Assembly: GCA_039024555.1 (NCBI GenBank)
Contig: JBCCQQ010000088.1
Coordinates: 1 to 20,083 of the forward strand
DNA: 20,083 nt
Reading direction: 5' to 3'
DNA from: Cyanobacteria bacterium P01_D01_bin.156
GTDB taxonomy: Bacteria; Cyanobacteriota; Cyanobacteriia; Phormidesmidales; Phormidesmidaceae
A program made the translations under genes and the position numbers. This document shows positions 1 through 7,655 of the stretch, piece after piece (positions within the stretch are counted from its first letter, which is position 1; every line of letters starts with the position of its first letter). The notes below the pieces were generated by a model. It was not told the origin of the DNA, did no database searches, and worked only from the letters and a program-made list of their open reading frames with translations.

Positions 1-938
1 CCGATGGAGATCGGATTGTCTCCGGCAGCCATGACACCACCCTTCGGCTGTGGGACCCGGAGGGCAACCCCATCGGCGACCTCCTCCAGGGCCATCGCAG
101 CGCGGTTTATGCCGTGGCCTTTAGCCCCAAGGGAGATCGCATTGTCTCCGGCAGCGCTGACTCCACCCTGCGGCTGTGGGACCCGGAGGGCAACCCCATC
201 GGTGAGCCCCTGGAGGGCCATCGCGACTCGGTTAGAGCCGTGGCCTTTAGCCCCGATGGAAATCGCATTGTCTCCGGCAGCGCTGACACCACCCTGCGGC
301 TATGGGACCCGGAGGGCAACCTCATCGGCGAGCCTCTGGAGGGCCATCGTAGCTCGGTTAGAGCCGTGGCCTTTAGTCCCGATGGAAATCGCATTGTCTC
401 CGGCAGCTCTGACAACACCCTGCGGCTGTGGGACCCGGAGGGCAACCCCATCGGCGACCCCCTCCAGGGCCATCGCAGCTCGGTTAATGCCGTGGCCTTT
501 AGCCCCGATGGAGATCGGATTGTCTCCGGCAGCCATGACACCACCCTTCGGCTGTGGGACCCGGAGGGCAACCCCATCGGCGAGCCCCTGGAGGGCCATC
601 GCAGCGCGGTTTATGCCGTGGCCTTTAGTCCCGATGGAGATCGCATTGTCTCCGGCAGCTCTGACACCACCCTGCGGCTGTGGGACCCGGAGGGCAACCC
701 CATCGGCGAGCCCCTGGAAGGCCATCGCAACTCGGTTTATGCCGTGGTCTTTAGCCCCCAGGGAGATCGGATTGTCTCCGGCAGCCGTGACACCACCCTG
801 CGGCCGTGGGACCTGGAGGGCAACCCCATCGGCGAGCCCCTGGAGGGCCATCGCAGCTCGGTTAATGCCGTGGCCTTTAGCCCCGATGGAGATCGTATTG
901 TCTCCGGCAGCGATGACTCCACCCTTCGGCTGTGGGAT
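1..938 (+). repeat. Tandem 126-bp coding repeats (WD40 units), near-identical at DNA level
   Basis: The motif attgtctccggcagc recurs every 126 nt (8 occurrences). The region is visibly more GC-rich than the rest of the window. Confidence 0.95.
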
Positions 939-1241
939 CGCATACGCTGGCAGGATTGGCTCCATGACTGCTGCAACAAGCTACTGCACCACAGCGACCT
1001 GGTGCAGCCTAGGACTGATGTTGCCAAGCGGGCCTGTCAGGTGTGTATGGACCATGCCTGGAACCACCGCGAGCGGGCAACGTTTTTGGTGGCCCAGGGT
1101 AAGTCGTTGGCCTATTATCAGCAGGATGTAGATGGTGCAGTGGCGAAGTTTGAGGAGGCGTTGGCGATTGATGATGAGGCGTTAGATGTCGAGCCGAGGG
1201 GGCTGGCGGAGAAGATCAAGGGGTGGGGGACCTCTCCCTAA
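3..1241 (+). CDS. WD40-repeat protein, 3' part (gene starts upstream of the window); WD40 array followed by a helical/TPR-like C-terminal tail
   Basis: The frame is open from position 3 (DGDRIVSGS...) to TAA at 1239-1241. It carries about 7.5 copies of GHRxxVxAVAFSPDGDRIVSGSxDxTLRLWD with a 42-aa period. Confidence 0.95.
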   Translation, partial: DGDRIVSGSHDTTLRLWDPEGNPIGDLLQGHRSAVYAVAFSPKGDRIVSGSADSTLRLWDPEGNPIGEPLEGHRDSVRAVAFSPDGNRIVSGSADTTLRLWDPEGNLIGEPLEGHRSSVRAVAFSPDGNRIVSGSSDNTLRLWDPEGNPIGDPLQGHRSSVNAVAFSPDGDRIVSGSHDTTLRLWDPEGNPIGEPLEGHRSAVYAVAFSPDGDRIVSGSSDTTLRLWDPEGNPIGEPLEGHRNSVYAVVFSPQGDRIVSGSRDTTLRPWDLEGNPIGEPLEGHRSSVNAVAFSPDGDRIVSGSDDSTLRLWDRIRWQDWLHDCCNKLLHHSDLVQPRTDVAKRACQVCMDHAWNHRERATFLVAQGKSLAYYQQDVDGAVAKFEEALAIDDEALDVEPRGLAEKIKGWGTSP

Positions 1242-1375
1242 GTCCCTCTCCTCGCAGGAGAGGGACTTTGAGTGGGGGTTGCTAAATAGCAAAAAATGCT
1301 GACCCTCCTTCTCCTGGGAGGAGAAGGGGCACATCGAACAATCCTTATAACTAAGAATCGGGGGATGAGGTCCCC
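1226..1375. repeat. Nested palindromic intergenic element (outer inverted repeat plus two inner hairpins); probably also a bidirectional terminator
   Basis: Outer IR ggggacctc (1226-1234) / gaggtcccc (1367-1375). Hairpin aagtccctctcct-cgc-aggagagggactt (1240-1268, 13-bp stem). Hairpin ccttctcct-ggg-aggagaagg (1307-1327, 9-bp stem). Confidence 0.75.
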
Positions 1376-1749
1376 AACCTCTCTAAAATCATCACCAACA
1401 CACCCTCCAAATCCTCTTCCACCTGCCAGTTCCTTACCCGCAATACGCGTAACCCCACCGACCGCATCCAGGCATCCCGCGCCGCATCCTTTTCCCGCTG
1501 ATAATCATGAATCTGCCCGTCTACCTCAACGACCAATCGAGCCTCATGGCAATAAAAATCAGCAATGAAACGACCAATGTTATGCTGCCGCCGAAATTTA
1601 TAACCAACTAACCGACGGGCACGTAGACACTCCCATAAAATCTGCTCAGCAGGTGTTTGCCGCTGTCGCAGCTTGCGGGCGCGCTGCAGCAAAATATTTG
1701 GAATATGCCGGTTATGGCCTGCGATGTGGGAGATTTTCTTTTTATTCAT
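1351..1749 (-). CDS. DUF559 / Vsr-like endonuclease domain protein
   Basis: Family motifs ARKLRQRQTPAEQILW, KFRRQH-IG-FIADFYC, LVVEVDGQIH, D-ARD and G-RVLR. The ATG at 1749 is preferred over 1839 because the extension looks non-conserved. Confidence 0.9.
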   Translation of the reverse strand: MNKKKISHIAGHNRHIPNILLQRARKLRQRQTPAEQILWECLRARRLVGYKFRRQHNIGRFIADFYCHEARLVVEVDGQIHDYQREKDAARDAWMRSVGLRVLRVRNWQVEEDLEGVLVMILERLGTSSPDS

Positions 1750-1953
1750 GGGGTTAAGATGCCCCAAACACCGATTCTCAGACTTTTCTAAACAAAAATA
1801 GGACTGTGGAAAGATATACCTATTCTTAAGCAAGTCCATCTTTTCTGAAGTAATTGGACTGGCTTTTCTAAAATAGAGAATGTGCTAACTAAGCTGCTGA
1901 TTACTACACCTGTGAAATCTGCAGGTGACTGCCACATATAAGGAGACCTTGTC

Positions 1954-2535
1954 GTGCCACAAGCGCGCCGCCAGCAACATTGTTTCACCTTATCTTTCGT
2001 AGGGCTACTGGCCGCAGGGATGTGGTTGGGGCAGTGGCATTTGCGCAGTCGTCTATCATCACCGACGGTGGCCCTGGTGCTGGGGGGCGATGCTCAGCGG
2101 GAAGAGTTTGCCGCTGAGTTTGCGATGGAAAATCCTGGGCTGGAAGTTTGGATTTCATCGGGGGCAAATCCGGAGTATTCCACGTGGGTATTTGAGAATG
2201 CTCGGGTACCCCTAGAGCGACTGCATTTGGACTACCGAGCTGTGGATACGGTGACAAATTTTACGACCTTGGTGGACGATTTTGACCACATGGGTGTGGA
2301 GAGTGTTTACTTGATTACGTCGGACTATCATATGCGGCGAGCAAGCACCATTGCCGCGATTGTTTTGGGTAGCCGTGGCATTCATTACAAACCTTTGTCG
2401 GTAGCGTCTGAACGTCCATCGGAACCGCTGTTGCGCAGTGTGCGAGATGGGGGACGTTCGATTTTATGGGTGTTTACGGGAAAAACAGGGTCTGAGTTGG
2501 TGCAGCTATCTTCTCGGTTGCCTGTGTGGCCTTAG
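1954..2535 (+). CDS. YdcF/DUF218 family protein
   Basis: N-terminal TM helix, LVLGG, DYRAVDTVTNF and LITSDYHMRRA motifs. GTG start with AAGGAG at about 1940-1945. Confidence 0.9.
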   Translation: MPQARRQQHCFTLSFVGLLAAGMWLGQWHLRSRLSSPTVALVLGGDAQREEFAAEFAMENPGLEVWISSGANPEYSTWVFENARVPLERLHLDYRAVDTVTNFTTLVDDFDHMGVESVYLITSDYHMRRASTIAAIVLGSRGIHYKPLSVASERPSEPLLRSVRDGGRSILWVFTGKTGSELVQLSSRLPVWP

Positions 2536-2588
2536 CAAGGATAAGGGGCTGGGCTCCTGGTTGATTTTGATGTTTTTCGAGGCTGGCT

Positions 2589-3320
2589 ATGACATCTACG
2601 TTAAAGGATTCTCGTTATACCGAAGAACAGATCAAGGCTTGGTTACGGGGGCTGTTGGCCATTGCTTGGGCTGATGGTGAGTTTGATGAACAGGAAAAAG
2701 AGCTGATCCACGCCATGATGGATGAGGATTTTGCGCCTGGATTAGATTTTGAGACCTTCGAGCCGATTAGCCCTACGGAACTGGCGACTGTTCTAAAACC
2801 GAATCCGGTGGCGGCGGAAAACTTTTTGCGAATGGCGGTGATGGTTGCGATCTCAGACGGTATCTACTCCGCTGCCGAAGACAAAATCCTCATGGCATTC
2901 TGTCAGGCCCTAAATCTAGATACCGCTGTCCTACAGTCCTTAGAATCCACACTATATAATCTGCATCAGGTTAAAGAAGAGGTTCAACCCGGTAGCAGCG
3001 GTACTGATGCTGTCTCGAATGCTGCGGCCAGTCCACTGACACCTCCTGCACCTAAGGAAGGCCCTGATCCAATCAAGCCCATGCGGGACTGGCTCGATCA
3101 GCTAGAGGTACAAGATGCCCGTCTGGCAAGATTTGTATGCAAAATGATTCCATCCCAATGTCCCTTTGAGCGGGATGTCACACTCTTTGGTAAAAAAGTA
3201 GTCCATATTCCCCCCATGTGTAAGCTTAATCCGCTTTACGAACAGTTGGTGGGTCTGCGGTTTCGGGCCTTGTCCCATTTAGCTGATGATTTAGGCGAAG
3301 ACGTTACTCCTTATTTATAA
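2589..3320 (+). CDS. TerB-like N-terminal domain plus 'Mo-dependent nitrogenase C-terminal' (Mo-nitro_C) domain protein; function unknown, not a nitrogenase subunit
   Basis: WLRGLLAIAWADG and VAISDG (TerB-like); CKMIPSQCPFERD...HIPPMCKLNPLYEQLVGLRFRAL (Mo-nitro_C signature). Confidence 0.88.
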   Translation: MTSTLKDSRYTEEQIKAWLRGLLAIAWADGEFDEQEKELIHAMMDEDFAPGLDFETFEPISPTELATVLKPNPVAAENFLRMAVMVAISDGIYSAAEDKILMAFCQALNLDTAVLQSLESTLYNLHQVKEEVQPGSSGTDAVSNAAASPLTPPAPKEGPDPIKPMRDWLDQLEVQDARLARFVCKMIPSQCPFERDVTLFGKKVVHIPPMCKLNPLYEQLVGLRFRALSHLADDLGEDVTPYL

Positions 3321-3412
3321 GTTGGTAAGCGTTATCCAGGGCTCACTATCCGGTGAGTGAAGTGGGTAACCGTCCAGAAGTAGTCATGTGGGCATTGCCC
3401 ATCATTGGGTGA

Positions 3413-5230
3413 GTGGGTCATCGAGAACATTTAACAACTGAAGTTTTAGTGGTTGGGGGTGGCACTGGTGGGACCGCTGCCGCTATTCAGGCAGCCCAGC
3501 TAGGTGCCCAAGTGTTGTTGGTTAGCGAATGGCCTTGGCTCGGAGGCATGTTGACATCCGCAGGGGTAACTGCACCCGATGGCAATGAACTAGCGGCATT
3601 CCAAACCGGTTTGTGGGGAGCTTTTTTACGAGAGTTAGAGCGGCGACAGCCAGGGGGCTTGCACAATGGCTGGGTCAGTTTCTTTACCTACGAACCTGCT
3701 GTGGGGGCAGCGATTTTTGCTGATTGGGTGGCGGCATTGCCCAATTTGAATTGGCGCTGGGGGCATCAACCAAGAGCGGTTTGCAAAACTGGAAACCAAA
3801 TCACAGGTGTGGAATTTGAACAGTTTTCTGTAGATGCTCACATTACTCTCGATGCGACAGAACTGGGTGATTTGTTGGCGCTTGGAGATGTCCCTCATCG
3901 CTGGGGTTGGGAAAGCCAAGATCAGTGGCAGGAGCCTAGTGCACCTAAATCATTAACAGATCCCCAGGACCTGCTAGCGCCTGCCATCAAGACCTATCCG
4001 GTGCAGTCTCCCACATGGGTTGTGGTCATGCAGGACTACGGCGCTGGAGAAACGGCACTAAAAATTCCTGCGGCAGGAGACAGTTCTGCTTTTACAGGTG
4101 CTTGGCAGGGGTATGGGCCAGAAAAATTTCTAAATTATGGACGATTGCCCGGTAATCGCTTCATGATTAATTGGCCCCAACGGGGCAATGACTATGGTGT
4201 GGGGTTGCATCGTTTAATTGAATCTGATGCGGTCCGCTATGACTATTGGCAAGAGGCTAAATCCTATAGTCAACAGTTTGCTCATTTTATTCAGGCTGAG
4301 CTGGGTGATCGCTACGGGTTGGCTCAAGGGATATTTCCGACCTTAGACGGGACCCCCGGCGGCGGGGCGTTTGCTCTGTATCCCTACTATCGCGAAAGTC
4401 GTCGGCTAGTGGGGCTAACGACGGTCAGTGAGCGGGATATTTTGCCAGTAGCTGGAGGACAGGTGGCCCCACTGCCGGTTAATGATGATGGCGTGGTAGA
4501 TGCGATCGCAATCGGCAACTATCCCAATGATCACCACTACCCTGGTTTTGACATGCCCCTGGCCCCTAAAGCCATTCACTGGGGAGGACGTTGGACCGGT
4601 ACTCCATTTACCATCCCTTACCGTGCGCTAGTATCGGCCACGGTGGACGGTCTTTTGGTGTGTGATAAAAATATTTCAGTGACCCACATTGCCAATGGTG
4701 CAACTCGTCTACAGCCTGTAGTTTTAAATATTGGCCAGGCAGCGGGGGCAGCGGCAGCGTTATGCATACAAAAAAACTGTCAGCCTCGAGAACTATCCGT
4801 GTTCTCCCTACAGAAAACTCTGCTCAAAGCTCAATCACCGGCAACGGTTGTCCCCTGTTTTGATTTACTGCCATCAACGCCCCAGTGGCTGGAGCAACAA
4901 CAAACCTATCTGCAACAACCAGAAACCTATCCCTCCAGTGGGTTCGTTGTTGCCTTAGGTCAAGCTCCTATGCCCCAAGAAACCTCTGATAGGTTAGCCC
5001 GTAGCACCCTTCGCCTAACGGGGCATTATGAAAAAGGACAGAATGATGCTCATTGGTTGGTGACAGACACTCATACGTGGGGAATAGTTGCTGTTTCCCC
5101 TACTTCTGTATATCAGTTGGAACAAATGAAGTGCAATAGTTCTGTATCAGTAACTGGGATCCCTAATTCAGGAGGCAATTGGATTGTGCTGCGGACGATT
5201 ATGGCTAGTGATAGTCTGAAGTCAATTTAA
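3413..5230 (+). CDS. FAD-dependent oxidoreductase
   Basis: Rossmann motif VLVVGGGTGGTAAAIQAA, LGGMLTSAG, DATELGDL, YYRESRRL, IPYRALV and ANGATRLQP..GQAAG. GTG start. Confidence 0.9.
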   Translation: MGHREHLTTEVLVVGGGTGGTAAAIQAAQLGAQVLLVSEWPWLGGMLTSAGVTAPDGNELAAFQTGLWGAFLRELERRQPGGLHNGWVSFFTYEPAVGAAIFADWVAALPNLNWRWGHQPRAVCKTGNQITGVEFEQFSVDAHITLDATELGDLLALGDVPHRWGWESQDQWQEPSAPKSLTDPQDLLAPAIKTYPVQSPTWVVVMQDYGAGETALKIPAAGDSSAFTGAWQGYGPEKFLNYGRLPGNRFMINWPQRGNDYGVGLHRLIESDAVRYDYWQEAKSYSQQFAHFIQAELGDRYGLAQGIFPTLDGTPGGGAFALYPYYRESRRLVGLTTVSERDILPVAGGQVAPLPVNDDGVVDAIAIGNYPNDHHYPGFDMPLAPKAIHWGGRWTGTPFTIPYRALVSATVDGLLVCDKNISVTHIANGATRLQPVVLNIGQAAGAAAALCIQKNCQPRELSVFSLQKTLLKAQSPATVVPCFDLLPSTPQWLEQQQTYLQQPETYPSSGFVVALGQAPMPQETSDRLARSTLRLTGHYEKGQNDAHWLVTDTHTWGIVAVSPTSVYQLEQMKCNSSVSVTGIPNSGGNWIVLRTIMASDSLKSI

Positions 5231-5449
5231 AGTAAACATATTTCGAAATGTAACGATATTCACTTTCATCTCACATCAGGAAACCGAGCTAGATATTTCC
5301 CAGAAAAATACGGTGACTTTTTTGAGTGCTTTAATCTATTTAAGATAGAAGATCCGTATTGTTGACCACAGATTTTCACATAGTTTTTCCTGAGTCATTT
5401 GTCAAATCTCTGTAGTCAGAAAGTAGCAATACTACTTATTCTCTGACCC

Positions 5450-5698
5450 ATGAGACTTTCCTTATCAGCCCTTTCAATTGCTATTGTCGTTCCCTTTTTA
5501 GGGCTAGCTACGTTTTCTGACTTTGCAACAGCAGATCGGGGTAGCGGTCGTCTAACAAACGAGATGGCAGACCGCGGTAGTGGACGTTTAGATTCTAATC
5601 AACCTCAGCAAGCAAGCTATGACACAGTTGCTTACCGTGGTAGTGGACGCATTAATCAAGACGAAGCTTATCGTGGTAGCGGTCGTTTATCTGCTTAA
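5450..5698 (+). CDS. patX: PatX-type RGSGR signalling peptide precursor (signal peptide plus four RGSGR motifs)
   Basis: 82 aa. Hydrophobic N-terminus ending A-T-A. RGSGR at aa 30, 42, 63 and 75. Lies between the FAD oxidoreductase and hetR, a context consistent with patX. Confidence 0.88.
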   Translation: MRLSLSALSIAIVVPFLGLATFSDFATADRGSGRLTNEMADRGSGRLDSNQPQQASYDTVAYRGSGRINQDEAYRGSGRLSA

Positions 5699-6080
5699 TT
5701 ATTCAAATCTTTTTCCAATACATAGGTAATGAAGATTAAGGTTAAATTTGATCACTCAATTTCTGGATAAAAAGTATAGATATTAGTCAGAAAAAGCTTT
5801 ACGCTAACCGTGGCGAGTAGTATACAAATTGATTACCAGTATTGATGTTTATATGTCTGATTCACGGCTGTTGCTAATTTAGTGTATGAAGCAGTCTGTA
5901 AAATGTGCCATGTTGCAGTATCTTGCAGATAACGCCATATCTGTTCTTGGCAGTACTATGGTTCAGCAAGCTGGCCTCCTTTTTATTTGTCTAACAAATC
6001 AAAAATAATTGGTGCTTCTTTGAGAAAGCCTGTTGCCACTGGTCTCACTATCTACGCTGTTAGCGTGTATCTATTTCTAA

Positions 6081-7016
<936 letters not shown>

Positions 7017-7048
7017 GTGTCAATCTCACGTAGTCTTGGGTTTTCAAC

Positions 7049-7092
7049 AGCAACACTTTTACCCTTAGGAATCTCAGGGTAAAAGTGTTGCT
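7049..7092. terminator. Perfect 17-bp hairpin downstream of hetR
   Basis: agcaacacttttaccct (7049-7065), 10-nt loop, agggtaaaagtgttgct (7076-7092). Confidence 0.7.
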
Positions 7093-7120
7093 TTGATGGC
7101 ATCTGTATTGGCATGTTACT

Positions 7121-7170
7121 TCCAAGCAATCTATATGAAGTTACTGAGGACTTCATATAGATTGCTTGGA
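7121..7170. terminator. Perfect 21-bp hairpin between convergent genes
   Basis: tccaagcaatctatatgaagt (7121-7141), 8-nt loop, acttcatatagattgcttgga (7150-7170). Confidence 0.65.
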
Positions 7171-7187
7171 GATGTTTAATCTCTTTC

Positions 7188-7439
7188 CTAGAGAGTATTC
7201 CAGGCTTGGGTCAAAATCTCTCTGAGTAAATGCCGACTTTTAGGGTCTAGAAGGGCATCGTCGACCATTAATTCAGTAATCACATCTTCTAAAGTTTGCC
7301 CCTGAGCTCGTGCAGTTTCAATGACGTGCACAATCGCTGTGGCAATATTAGCTTCGCTAACGGCCTTGTCTGCAGGGGAGGTTTCTAAAACGGTCTTTAT
7401 AGTTGACGGGCTCATTTTATGTATGTGGGTAAGATGCAA
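7188..7439 (-). CDS. Small cyanobacterial hypothetical protein (start may be 7415)
   Basis: Amphipathic helical ORF with AIVHVIETARAQGQTLED...DDALLD...QAW, resembling a conserved small cyanobacterial family as I recall it. Ends at the hairpin pair. Confidence 0.7.
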   Translation of the reverse strand: MHLTHIHKMSPSTIKTVLETSPADKAVSEANIATAIVHVIETARAQGQTLEDVITELMVDDALLDPKSRHLLREILTQAWNTL

Positions 7440-7655
7440 AAACTCTCCAGCGAGCTTGCTTTATCCCGCTGAAAATTTTACTTATTCAATTGGGTTGGTA
7501 AAGGTAAGTGAAATAGCCACTCGGAGATGCTTGAACCGAGAAAAGATAAGTAATGCTACTCAGCCTTTACACATATTGACCAGAAGTTAACAAAGTCTAA
7601 CCTAAGTCGGTAAGTAAAAAGATTTTATTTTTGGCAATTATGCATAAAGTTTGAT

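Noticed and set aside
1..938. Diversity-generating retroelement origin of the WD40 variable codons (mostly NNT/NNC, as from AAY templates)
   Set aside because: No reverse transcriptase or template repeat is in the window, AGA variants do not fit, and other AAC codons (G-N-P) are invariant. Selection plus recombination is sufficient.
1..938. CRISPR array
   Set aside because: The repeats are contiguous, in-frame and coding, with no unique spacers.
4..1131. Long alternative-frame and antisense ORFs over the WD40 array (4..1131 +, 107..577 -, 300..965 -, 737..1027 -)
   Set aside because: These are shadow ORFs. A GC-rich 126-bp repeat lacking stops in one unit lacks them in all units, and only the WD40 frame has a recognisable fold.
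2589..3320. Nitrogenase/nif gene
   Set aside because: The Mo-nitro_C domain name is misleading. There are no NifH/D/K motifs and no nif genes in the window.
5762..5767. DIF1 (TCCGGA) heterocyst promoter motif upstream of hetR
   Set aside because: Only TCTGGA (one mismatch in a 6-mer), which is expected by chance.
5910..6008. 32-codon ORF (MLQYLADNAISV...) in the hetR leader
   Set aside because: No RBS, no RGSGR and no recognisable motif; the length is compatible with chance.
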